Origin: Octopus vulgaris
Taxonomy: Eukaryota
Reading direction: 5' to 3'
DNA length: 64,000 bases
NCBI GenBank assembly: GCA_951406725.2
Contig: OX597832.1
Location: 67,704,001-67,768,000, forward strand
Position numbers and translations under genes: made by a program
Shown: positions 14,029 through 26,009 of the stretch, piece after piece
Layout of the letters: each line of letters begins with the position of its first letter
Position numbering within the stretch: position 1 is the first letter of the stretch
Notes under the pieces: generated by a model
Told to the model about the DNA's origin: nothing
The model's database searches: none
Seen by the model: only the letters and a program-made list of their open reading frames with translations

Positions 14029-15299
14029 TTAGTCTAAATTTCCCACAGACTGGCATTGCCTACCTTTCTTCCCGAGTTGATGAAATCAAATACTACTTAA
14101 ACACGAGAATCTATGAGACTCACACGCGCGAGTTAAACACGAGTGTCTCTGTTAGCACCAGAGCAAGATGTTCAAGTTATCTTTTCTGTAATTATAAGAT
14201 ACTGAGTTCGATTTCAGTGCATCACCAAGGTAATAACTGTTCACTATAAGCATAATCTGCAGTCAAGCCATGTGGATGCTAAATGAGTAGCCGAATTGGG
14301 AAAATGTGTAGAATCCTGAAGGATTGACCAACCTATAATTAAAGATCACTTACTTAGTGAAACAGATTGGACCTCTGCGTTATATTAAAAGTATGCTTGT
14401 ATGTGGAATATTCAGCCACTTGAATTTAACTAGATGTACAGATGATCGAACAAAGTGATGTTAATCGTTGATTGATTACAAATAGACAACGATTATTATG
14501 ACCATAAGTGGTTCTTAAGTAAATCTCATTTGTTTACATCAAGACGCTTCATTAAAAATGAGACATCAATTACACAGGATACAGAAACATAAATATTTAA
14601 AAACGGCTCAAATAGAGGAAATATTTGTATTAACTTAATATCTGCGTGATATCAATGAATAATGTTATAATTTAATTAGAAATTTATATAAAAACAGATG
14701 TGATATCTAGTGCTGGCATCATAATTAAATAACGATTGGATATTTGTTGTTGATATTATAATTTGATAACAATTTGATATTAAGCAATGAGCTTTCATTG
14801 CTGATATTTTCTGAGACACCTTTATTATTTATTAATTTACCTTGGGTGCAAATAGTTTTTGCCTCATTACTGTAAGTGCATAGATTGAGTACATGATATG
14901 TTTAAATGATATTTAACATTCAAAGTGTAAAGGCATATTCCAACGCCCTGTAAAGTAATGGGCTGTACACCCCTTTTGTTTTTATGGGAATTTTAGATGT
15001 CTTGGTCCGTCATAGTACAAAAAGTATCTGTTTAAGCTGAATAATTTCGAAAATAAATTATAGATCTTCAAACTTTTTGTATGAGATATTGCGTGTATTT
15101 ATGGCACGTGTAACATGGAATTAACTCATTCCGATCAAAATATACAGTAAATAACGAACCTCTTGTTGCCTTGGATATGCAACAATCTTAAACAGAGATA
15201 TGGGAGAGGCCTATTGTGTGTATAACTAAATAAACTTAAGATGTTATACTCTTGATTCAGTCGGCATTTCCACCATCCTGGTTGACAAACGGACACCAC

Positions 15300-16858
15300 C
15301 CATGCACACCGTTCAAGAAATGCATGTCTACGCATCTTTAGCCACGACATTTCCAATCATCCACTGAGCAGCGGCTGACAGTAGATGGAGCGTTTGACGA
15401 GTGAAACACTACCTTACACAGAAAAGAATTATGCAAGCGCTCGAGTTTGATCAGGCACGAAGCAGAGCAAGGGACGACGGTAGTAGATGAGGGAATCGAT
15501 GTACGGATTCATCACATCCGCCCGATCTTTAAGGATCAGCTACCTCACTGCTCATTTCTGGGTGAGACTGGCCAACCAGCTCGTCGTCTCTTCTCAGTTC
15601 TTGTCCAGTTGGAGGTTCGGAACAAACCGGATCCCGAGCAATTTGACGATCCTTCCATCTAGGGCCTTAAAATAGAGTCACACCACATGGACCAGCCTCA
15701 CCAGGTTCAAACCTGCAAGTCCACCGATTTCTCCTGGTTAATTGTTACTATTTTCACCGCTTGTCGTCCGTTAAATTAGTGCCGATCACAAGGATTACGA
15801 AGGTATCAGACACTGTTTCGGTGACAATGTCCACATAAGGCGAAGCGAACCTCCTACATGCTAGATCACCTGGGATACCTCTCAAAACACCCAGCTTCTG
15901 TAAAAATGGATTGAGATCCAGAAGGTGCCGAAGGGGCAAGAGTCAGCATCCTTGACGAACTGAACTTGCGACGATAAACGATTCTAATCCGTGACCATAT
16001 ACGTTCTCCATCAAACAAATGTCGCTCTACATAGCAGCGATACAGCCTCTAAAAACGGGAGTGAAATTGGCCCTCGCGAGGACAGCCACCAAGTATTCGT
16101 GGTTTACCCCATCGAAAGGTTTTGATTTGTCTTAACAGATCAGAACCCCGCCCATGCCACGTCCCTTTCCTAACCTCTCAATGATGTAGCGCATGAAATA
16201 TCTGCTTGTGATAGCACGAGACCCCGGGCCACGGACATGTATACAGCATTTATACAACCCATTCTTTTACCCACCATGATGACCGGAAAGATGTTAGAGA
16301 AGAAACACTGGGTGTTTACTTACCAACCAGGTCCGCTGGGGCCTGGTGGTTCAACAACCATAACTGGTTGGGGCTCATTTCAGAACAATGGTGGTGGTGG
16401 TGGTGGTGGTGGTAGAGTAGGTAACAACCGTAATCGTCCTCTTACTGTTGCTGCTGTGAATTCATGTCTCATTTATTTTGGAAATTTAGGGCTTCATAAA
16501 TGGAATTCATTCCATTTGAGTGTAGAAGCTGGAGGTTTCCAACTTGGTTTGCTTCCACTTTGAAAACTACCTCTCACTTTGTCTTCCATACCTGCTTGCT
16601 GGGTGATCGAGGGCATAATTTTTTATAAGACAATTATAAACATAATATAAAAGCACACACCCCCCCCTCAAGAATAAGAAATTAAATTTTTTTTTTCATT
16701 TCATAGAAATTGAACCCCCGGAGGGGCGTAAACTAACGAACAACACGTATTCAACGGTGGTAATTTTAAAAGGCGTTTTGTTACAATATAAAGAATCAAA
16801 AACTTTTGAAGACAAAAATTGAAGCAATATACTACCGAAAGAAAATGCATCCTGGTGC
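15300..16858 (-). mobile_element. Internally deleted, decayed Tx1-like LINE
   Basis: Minus-strand translations DKSKPFDGVNHEYLVAVL, ASPYVDIV and MSWLKMRRHAF are homologous to ORF2 at 22.5-23.4 kb. 16700-16858 resembles the 5'UTR (cgcccctccgggggttcaatttc) and abuts an (AAT)n tract; this 5' extension is less certain. Confidence 0.7.
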
Positions 16859-16927
<69 letters not shown>

Positions 16928-17045
16928 CAACAACAACAAAAACAGCAACAACAGTAATAATATTTTATTTCATGATATTTCTGTGTGAAGAAGAAAAATA
17001 CCACAAAACTCAAAACACAGCAGTAATTCAAACTGCAGAAAAGGC

Positions 17046-17103
<58 letters not shown>

Positions 17104-17127
17104 TAATAATAATAATAATAATAATAT
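16859..17127. repeat. (AAT)n/(AAC)n microsatellites
   Basis: Direct reading. Confidence 0.95.
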
Positions 17128-17919
17128 ACAACTGATTCAATGACCAATACCTAATTGATTGAACTGTTAAAAGTTTGACAGCGAAATTATACGTTTATTT
17201 CTTCTAGTTTTACAGATTTGTCAGTTTTATGTGTCTTTGGTGTATTCACGCCGATACGGCACTAATCTCAGGAATTATTGTCCATTTCTTGAACCTTAAA
17301 AGAAATTGCCATTCTTTAACCGCTTCTATTGTTAAAGATTCTTAAGACGGTGGAATGGCAAAATGGGAAGAGAGAACGAAATCGGAATAAATATCTTTTA
17401 GGTAATTTTAGTTCGTTTTTACTTTTGGTTAACAGTAAGAATTTGTATTCTATTTAGCTTTTCGTAATTCTGCGAATCAATATTATATCCATCAAGTAAC
17501 ATTTGGGGAAGTTTTCATCGATTATATTCCTCTACCTAAAACTACGTGTCTTCAGTGAATCCCTGAAATGGTTAACTTTTATATATTCCACGTATGAATC
17601 ATTGGACAGCGGCCATACTAGGGCATCGCTTTAAGGGGTTTAGCCGAACATAATAACTCCAGTATTAATTCATTTTTAGCCTTGTACTTATTCTACAAGA
17701 CATTTTAGCAAAACCACAAAGATACGGGGACGTAAACAAACCAACTCCTACTGGTGGTAGTGTCTGACATAACGCAAAACAAGGCACACACACACATTAT
17801 ACATGTATATATGTAAGCATACATGTGTATGATTATACACACACACATATATGTATGTATGTATGTGCATCAGCATGGCCGCAGCTCTGAGCAGTAACAA
17901 GAGAGAAAAAAAAAATATA

Positions 17920-18262
<343 letters not shown>

Positions 18263-18270
18263 ATATGTAT

Positions 18271-18973
18271 AAAACATTACGTTATATAATTAGGGCTCAG
18301 TGAAAAAATTTATTTTACCACACACCGAACTTTTTGAAATAGCGGCCATAAAATTTTAGCTATTTCCTCTACTATAAGAAAAGTGTCCCAGACAATGTAT
18401 ACTCAAAAATAATTCACCCAGATATAGAGGGAAAAATAACAAAAGATCACACGTACATCGATTACTTGAGAACGCTGTTTCTGGATTAGTTGGATATAGA
18501 GATCAACATTTCCGTCATCAGCCCAAGATATCTTTAGATTTGAATTAGAGAGCATTAAAAATCAAACATACCCGTCTGATATGAGTAATCGCAGACAAAC
18601 CAACTTCGGCCGCTAGTACTAACGAATTCAAAAAGTACGAATGAGGCTTTACATCCTCTCACGTCCACCCACATGAGTTATAGAGCAACAAGTCCCTACA
18701 GAGGGATCTGTAGTTTATTATCAGGGACAGAGAATTATATTGTCAATAATAAAAGGGTAAAATTAATTAATTATTAATTAATAATTTTACCAAGTAGTGT
18801 TCAGTATGTAAAACAACCATTTACGGTATATTTAAAACATTACGTTACATAATTAAGGTACAGTAAAATAATTTACTTTACCACACACCGAACTTTTAGA
18901 AATAGCAATGTTGATCTCTATATCCAACTAATCCAGAAACGGCGTTCTCAAGTAATCGATGTACGTGTGATCT
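18271..18973 (-). mobile_element. ORF-less PLE pseudo-LTR-like unit (~563-bp monomer, 73-bp redundancy, 67-bp inverted 5' piece)
   Basis: 18271-18343 ~ 18834-18906 (direct); 18907-18973 is the reverse complement of 18444-18510; contains a hammerhead. Confidence 0.75.
18465..18527 (-). ncRNA. Type I hammerhead ribozyme
   Basis: Minus strand: CUUGGG CUGAUGA CGGA..GUUG...CAAC..UCCA GAAA CAGCG UU CUCAAG; first stem II pair is mismatched. Confidence 0.7.
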
Positions 18974-19060
18974 TAGTGGTTAGCCATATTGAGATGGCTA
19001 GTATACTTTACGTTGTCGAGTGGTTACTGTTTACATCTTGTTCAGAGATTTATTATTGCT
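18972..19060 (+). repeat. 5' copy of 89-bp terminal direct repeat of the Tx1-like LINE
   Basis: Matches 24629-24717 with 4 mismatches by eye; contains hairpin TAGCCAT-attgag-ATGGCTA. Confidence 0.93.
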
Positions 19061-19373
19061 TGCAGACAGTTTTTCGAAATCAGTGACGGAAGTTACTAGA
19101 AAAACTCATAAGTATTTGCAATCAGGTCTTCCTTTCATCGAAAACCGGTGTTTTGACTCGTCTAGGGACCTCTCTTTCATCTGCGTATTGAGAAGTTAGC
19201 TGCCTATTTTGTCGTTTTTTGTCCGTCGTTGTTTGTGTTTGCTCGTGAAATGAACAGTTGTCCGTTGTGTGACAGTAATTTTCGCCCTACGGGGCTGAAA
19301 ATTCTGTGTATAAACATTGTTATTACCTTCGGGGTAATTTTTTTTTTTTAAATTGGTTCTCATAATTTGAGAA

Positions 19374-20798
19374 ATGGAGTTCGACTTGGCGTCGAGGAGC
19401 GACTTTCCCGTGATGGGAAAAGGCGTACAGAAGGATATCGAGGTTAGAAAACAGTCTTTTACGGCCGCAGTGGGCGGAACCGTAACGGAAGTGGAATTCA
19501 AAATAGAACAGTTGTTCGAATACCGGAACTTGGTCAAAAAGGAAGGCAACGAAATAAAACTGGTACCGCCGCAAGCTATATTACAGGAAATAAAGGCCAA
19601 GACAGTCGTGTACAAGGTTTACAGTAACAAAGAGAAAAAAATAATGGACGTGAAGAACGAAATAGTAGAGAAGTGCTTGTCCCCGGTGTGGAGAAAAATT
19701 CGCTACGTCGGTCGAGGTACCCGCAGCGCTACCGTTGAAGCACATTTCGACTCGGCTGATGTGGCAAGAGAGATTTCATCGATGACCTTAAAAAGTGAGG
19801 ACATCATGTTACTACCTACCTATATGGGCAAAAGAACTGCGAAACTATATGTAGAAGACATTCCAAGAGGATATGATATAATGTGGGTAGCAGCGGCGGT
19901 TCTGCACGACGTAGAGCAGAAAGTCTCAATTCTGCAGATGAAAAGGAAAGAGGAGGTAAACTGGAAGGGACAAGCGCTCGAACTCCTCGTTCAAGCAGAA
20001 AATAATGTGCTAGAAAACTTACCCGATATGGTATTTATTGAGGAGGGAATTACAATGAGAGTGTCAGTGGAGGGGCGCAGACCTAGGTGTTTTAAATGTG
20101 GTGAAAAGGGTCACGTCCGCTCGAACTGCATAAAAAAAAAGAAAAACAGCGAAGCCCCTCCTCAAAGTGCTTCAAACACAGAAAAAGAAAAGGCGGAAAA
20201 AGACCCCAAGACTGCGACAAGGAAGGGAATCGAAACGGAAGATAAAAATAAACAAATGGAATTTACACAGGTGACACACAAAAGAAAAAAAGAAAATAGC
20301 CTGGACTCCCCTCCCCAAACAAAGAAAAAATCAGCAAACACCGCAGAGATACATACAAAACAAATTCCCCAGCCCTACCCCCACGGCACTGTATTCATTT
20401 GCCAAGCCCCTCCCCATAAAACAAGATTGGAAAAAATTGATTTAAAAAATGAAAAGATTGTAGCTTTCGACGAGAGAAACGATAGAGTGTTCAAGTATTT
20501 TAAATTTTCAAAACTGAAATTATTCAGTAAGTCTGCAGACACGAAGTCGACCACTCGTTTTGCAAAAATAAAGGAGGACGAGTGGAAGGAAAAAACACTC
20601 CAAGAACATTTTAAAAATAACCTTGTCAGAGACGTAACTAACGAAATACTGGAGGGCAAACTTACTATAACCCCGGCAACCACACCTACCCAGAGTCCGA
20701 TGGCAACGCCGGTTAAGAGCCCTGCAGCTACGACCACAAGGGAGGAAGAAGGGGAAGCATGCAGATTTAAACTGTCATGCTCCCTGTCCCAACCGTAA
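19374..20798 (+). CDS. LINE ORF1 (gag-like nucleic-acid-binding protein, 474 aa)
   Basis: Uninterrupted 474-aa ORF with zinc knuckle CFKCGEKGHVRSNC (CX2CX4HX4C), ending 22 bp before ORF2. Confidence 0.88.
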   Translation: MEFDLASRSDFPVMGKGVQKDIEVRKQSFTAAVGGTVTEVEFKIEQLFEYRNLVKKEGNEIKLVPPQAILQEIKAKTVVYKVYSNKEKKIMDVKNEIVEKCLSPVWRKIRYVGRGTRSATVEAHFDSADVAREISSMTLKSEDIMLLPTYMGKRTAKLYVEDIPRGYDIMWVAAAVLHDVEQKVSILQMKRKEEVNWKGQALELLVQAENNVLENLPDMVFIEEGITMRVSVEGRRPRCFKCGEKGHVRSNCIKKKKNSEAPPQSASNTEKEKAEKDPKTATRKGIETEDKNKQMEFTQVTHKRKKENSLDSPPQTKKKSANTAEIHTKQIPQPYPHGTVFICQAPPHKTRLEKIDLKNEKIVAFDERNDRVFKYFKFSKLKLFSKSADTKSTTRFAKIKEDEWKEKTLQEHFKNNLVRDVTNEILEGKLTITPATTPTQSPMATPVKSPAATTTREEEGEACRFKLSCSLSQP

Positions 20799-20820
20799 GT
20801 TTTTTTCTCTCTCTCCGACA

Positions 20821-23800
20821 ATGGCAAAGCTGGGTTGTGTGAATGTGCGTGGAATGGGGTCGAAATGGAAACAAATTTGTCTCCTGAACGACCTCACGGC
20901 ACACGGAGTGAACGTAGCTATTGTAATCGAGTCCAAGATGAACGGGGCCCAAGCGTTCTCGCCTCTTCTAAATGGTTTCGAGAAATTTATTTCTCCTAGC
21001 CGAGGAGGAGGAAGGGGCGTGGCAGTCCTTATCAGGAAGAGTTTGGACTTGCAGGTAAGTACTGTCTTTCTGGACCCAGAAGGCAGGCTGGTCGTTCTGG
21101 ATGTGACCCACGTAAGTAAACAGTTCTTCAGGTTGGTAGCTGTCTACGCTCCGAATGAGTGTAGGCAGTCGGGTTTTTTTCGGAATCTGGAGCACTTTTT
21201 AGTGACGTCGAAAACGGTAGTCTTAGTAGGGGACTTTAACACTGTCCTCGAAGCGCGGGTCGACAGTGTTGGCTCAACTAATAGGAAAGGGAACCCTAGC
21301 CTCAATTGTCTACTAGAGAGCTTTAATCTAGTAGACCGTTATCGACTGGATGAGCCGAGCGTTCCACAGTGAACGTGGAGTAACAACGACGGCTCACGCA
21401 GATCGTATATAGATAGGATATTCGTTAGGAAAAGAGATAAGGATACGTTTAGTTGTCCACAGTTTCACATTGTGCCTTACACGGATCACAAATTTGTGAC
21501 TTGTAGGGTGCAATTAGATAAGTGTTATAGACAGGGACCCGGGTACTGGAAGCTGAACAAGTCTATTTTGAATTGTGAAGACTTCCGTACCCGGATTAAG
21601 GTGTTAGGACAGAGGGCATTATGTGGCACCATCATTAACAATAGATGGTGGCACTCCCTCAAAAGAGCCATTCGTTCAGAGTCCATTAGATTTAGCAATC
21701 AGCTAAGGTTAGATAGGTCTAGGATAGAGGACGATTTAATTAAGAATCTAAACGAGGCAATGGAATCTGGCTCTGCATCCGGAGTGATGGCGGCAAGGAC
21801 GGTATTGTACCGTCACCTTAACTCCAAACACGAAGGTTGCAGAGTTAGAGCTAAGCTACGCGCAGGGAAACGAGAAGGTATTAACGTTGCCGGATGGGCC
21901 CGTCGAGTGGAGAGTCAGAGAGGCAACAAAGCTTCAATCAAGTCTTTAACTGACGAACAGGGACACAAGATCTATGGACAGGAGGAGATGCAAAAGGTTC
22001 TTCACCAGCATTTCGCCCGCGCGTTTGGGGTGGTGGTTCTCTGGAGCGGGGGAGAGCCTTAAAGGACTTCCTAGCCGGCGGACCGCGGCTCTCGGGGCGT
22101 GAGGTGGAGTGCCGTGAAAGAGCGATCACTCCCGCGGAGATAGAGGGGGTACTGGCCGGATACGCCGGGGAGAAGTCGCCGGGGTTGGATGGTCTGCCCT
22201 ACGAGTTTTATCAAAATATGCCGGACTTGTTCGGGGGAATACTGGCGGGCGTCTACGCGAACTGGCAGCAGAACGGGAGAATTTCCAGTTCTGTAAGCCG
22301 GGGAGTGGTGACGCTAATCCAGAAAGACCCGAGCAAGGGGGATAACATTAGTAATTACAGGCCCATAACTCCACTTAATGTAGAGTTAAAGATTTTGGCC
22401 AAGGTGTTGGCAAAAAGGTTGACGACTGTCGTGGAGAAACTTGTAGGGAAAGCACAGACATGTGCAATTCCAGGCAGGTCGATCCAGGACAATCTTCACC
22501 TTATACGCTACACCTTAGATAGGGTGGGTAAATTAACCGGCAAGGGCGGGGTAATGGTCCATTTAGACCAAAGTAAATCGTTCGATGGGGTAGACCATAA
22601 GTACCTGGCGACGGTCCTCGAAGCGGCTGGACTGGGCCCTGAATTTCGCGGGTTGATCTCCGCTATGTATAGCGGCATCACGTCCACCGTCCAGATAAAC
22701 GATTACCTAACGGAACCGTTTTCGATCGAATGTTCAGTTCGTCAAGGGTGCCCCTTGTTACCACTTTTGTACGTGTTTGCTCTCGAGCCATTGCTGCGAA
22801 AGTTGGAGAGGCTGGGAAGTAACCCGGATGAGATCGGAGGCGGGAGGACGGTTTCTGCTTATGCGGATGACGTCACCCTCATCGTGTCCAATGATGCTCA
22901 GCTACCTTGTGTAGAAGATGCTATCAGAGGATACGAGGCGGTGGCAGGATCAAAAGTTAACAAGGACAAGTCGATTGGCTTACGCCTCGGCACCTGGAGG
23001 AGCAAGTCGATATCGTCCAGTGCCGTGGGATACTGGACAGATGGTCCTGTTAAGTTGCTAGGAGTTTGGTTTGGGCCAGACTCCCAAACGGAGAGGAATT
23101 GGAGTGAGGTGACGTGCAAGGTGGAGGCCATAGTACGGACCTAGTCCAGAAGGTTTCTGTCCTTCAAAGGAAGGGCGGAGGTGGCACAGATGTTTATTGC
23201 ATCTGTAATCACTTACCGCCTGACCGTTTTCCTTGCCCCGATTCATGGCTTAGCAAGTTGGAGCGAATCCTTTTCCGCTTTTTGTGGAAGGGAGGAAAGC
23301 CACTTGTGAGGCGCTCCGTTTGCTGCCAGGAACCGTTAAAGGGTGGGTTAGGAATGCCTTGGTTGATGATGCGCAGACATGCGTTGAGGCTGAAGCATAT
23401 CTGGCACCGACTGGAGGGTGATAAGGTGTGGAGTCCGCTGGCAGGGGAATTTTTCCCGAGACCGGCTTCCTTAGTGAATTTTAAACCCGGTCGCATCAAA
23501 AGACGGAATCTGACATTATGGCAAAAGGAGTGCCGACAGGCACTCACGCTGATCCACAAGGCGGACAAGGCCGGCTGCGGAAATAGCACCTCGGTATTTT
23601 ATAGCAGGCTGGTAGAGGCAAAGAACGACGACGTCCTAGGAGGAGCTCTGGGGTTCGACGAGGACCAGCTTACCAATCTGTTTAAAAAGATTTTCAGGAC
23701 AGGGTATTTGGATAATTTCCAAATATCCCTGGCCTGGCAGTGTTATAGGAATGCTTTACCTGTTCGCGAGAAGTTATCGCGGTACGGAATTTCAGTGCCA

Positions 23801-24188
23801 CCGACATGTCCAAGATGCGGGTTGGACGATGAAACCGTCCAGCACGCTTTTGTACACTGTCGGCAGTTGTCAGACTTGATAAGTTACGCAGAACACGTGT
23901 TATCACATCTGGGACGAGTACAGCTGTCGGCTGAGTCTATGATTAAGATGATACAGCGAACTGGACTCTCGAAGGAAGGTGAGGCAAGTAGTACAAGAAT
24001 GCATGTGGCGAACAAGAATGGAAGGAGTCGCAATATGATACTTTGTCTCAGGCCCCGGCTTGCTCACTTACTTCAGATATCATCTGAAGGACAAAATGGG
24101 GCTGGAAAAGAAGACCTTACCACGAGGTGTGTATGAAAAAAGATGGAAGGGAGTGGCGAAAAAGGTAGGTGTCAGAAACCCAGTTTAA
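20821..24188 (+). pseudogene. LINE ORF2 (APE endonuclease + reverse transcriptase + C-terminal Zn finger), disrupted
   Basis: APE motifs NVRG, VYAP, GDFN, IDRIF, TDHK. RT motifs KSPGLDG, NYRPI, LDQSKSFD, VRQGCPL, YADD. Zn finger CPRC..ETVQHAFVHC. In-frame stops at 21370-72 and 23142-44, frameshifts near 22030, 23230 and 23990. Confidence 0.92.
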
Positions 24189-24440
24189 CTAAGGATGGAG
24201 AAGAGGAAAGGAAAGTTGCGGGGCCTTATAGGTTGCTGGGGTTTAAAATATATCGGTAAGATTTCAATCTAATGTAATGTTATATTAGTCAATGCAAATG
24301 ACAATTTAAATACAGTTTTTTGTATAATGAATAATCCATATATTGTGGAAATTTTTAAACGAACCACTTAACTGTTTTTTGTATGTACGTCCTGTATTGT
24401 TCTTCTATGTACTGATTTTATAATCGTAATAAAGAATTAA

Positions 24441-24521
24441 TCGTAAACCGGTGATTACCGTACGTTGACAAGAGGCAGATACCTCGAAACTGCAGTCCGT
24501 GCGTATCGCTTAGATTTACGA
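24441..24521 (+). ncRNA. Type I hammerhead ribozyme, U3-A8 core variant
   Basis: Stem I CGUACG/CGUGCG, extended by GGUGAU/AUCGCU and UCGUAAA/UUUACGA. Core UUGACAA (24465-71), stem II GAGG-cagaua-CCUC, GAAA, palindromic stem III ACUGCAGU, predicted cleavage after C24497. Confidence 0.8.
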
Positions 24522-24628
24522 GGGAGGGATGACCTCCCTTTGCAAATACCATAAGTGCACAGAAAGTGTGCCTAAAGCCAGCTGGAGACGATGATCTCCT
24601 GAGGCTAAAAGCTATAGTAACACCCACC

Positions 24629-24717
24629 CTTAGTGGTTAGCCATATTGAGATGGCTAGTATACATTACGTTGTCGAGCGGTTACTGTTTACATTTCGTTC
24701 AGAGATTTATTATTGCT
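24629..24717 (+). repeat. 3' copy of 89-bp terminal direct repeat of the Tx1-like LINE
   Basis: Matches 18972-19060; followed directly by a short (AT)n. Confidence 0.93.
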
Positions 24718-24719
24718 AT

Positions 24720-26009
24720 ATATATATCACAGAATGAACACAATCCTCCAAACACACACGATCATAAAAAGCAAAAGACAGCCTAGATCCATGAAAAGTC
24801 TCCTTACACAAGCCCGAATTCACTCTTCAACACAGAAGCCGACAGTAAAAAAATGTGGAAGACCCAATTGCGGGATATGCGACTATCTAATTGAGGGATC
24901 AGAGTTCTCCTTCAAACAGGGACAACGGTTTACAGTGAAAAGCAACTTCACATGTGCTTCGGAGAACCTAATATACTCACTAACCTGCTCCGGGTGTCAA
25001 GAGCAGTACATAGGCCAAACAAAAAATGGTTTGCGTAAACGAATGGCCCTGCACAGATCCCAGATAAAAATTCCCCAAAACAGAAAAATAGCTTTTAGCC
25101 AACACATAGATACTTGCGCCAACAAAAAAACACCAAACTTCAGAATTTTCCCCCTCTACAAATTTAGGGACGATACAACCTCGAGACAACGAATAAGTAA
25201 AGAAAATCTCTTTATTACAAAATACAAGCCACTTCTTAACGGGTCTACGACAAACAATTAATATACCTCAACTTTAGAATAAAAGAAAAATATATATACA
25301 CACACAAATATTACACTCCATAGAATCCATTACTAATCAGCCCCTTCATAGCTATACTTACACCCATTCATATTCTCCCTTCTCTGTTTTTTTCTTCTTC
25401 TTCTTCTTCCTCTTCTTCTTCATCATCATCATTATCATCATTATCGTCGTCATCATCATCACCACCATCATCACCACCATCTTCTCCTTCTCCTCCTTCT
25501 TCTTCTTCTTCTTCTTCTCCTTCTTCTTCTTCTTCTTCTTCTTCTTCTTCTTCTTCTTCTTCTACTTCTCCACCCCCTACCCCTTAACTTTGTCACTAAT
25601 GTTTTTTAGTATAACACCTACGCTAATTCTATAAACAAGCCTGTCAATATAAATATTCTCCTGAATTGAACTGAGACTGCCAGCCGCCACTGACCATTCA
25701 AAATACGACCATCAGGGCACTCCCAGATTCCCCCCCTTTCCTCACCAGCCTTCTTCCTCTACTACCCTACCAAGAACTCACAACGACCCCCAACACACAA
25801 GTGCAAACAAGGGAGTCAGAGAAAGGCAGAATGCCACTTAAATCTGAACACTACTATAGAAATATTCTTTTAAAAAAACTTTTCTTCTAATTTTTCTAAA
25901 TTTAATTATTTAATCGTTACAGTTGAAAAGGTCTCAAAATGACCGAAACCGGTACTGAAATGTTTACTATAAAATTATTTTAGCATTTTCTATTTTTTTT
26001 ACTTGTTTT

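Larger units (their letters stand above)
18972..24717 (+). mobile_element. Near full-length Tx1/L1-clade non-LTR retrotransposon with 89-bp direct terminal repeats and a 3' hammerhead module
   Basis: 5'UTR, CCHC ORF1, APE-RT-Zn finger ORF2 and AATAAA at ~24428. Repeat cttagtggttagcc...tttattattgct occurs at 18972-19060 and 24629-24717. Confidence 0.9.

Noticed and set aside
16237-16563. 108-aa Gly-rich ORF on the plus strand
   Set aside because: Antisense to the decayed LINE region and driven by a (GGT)n repeat.
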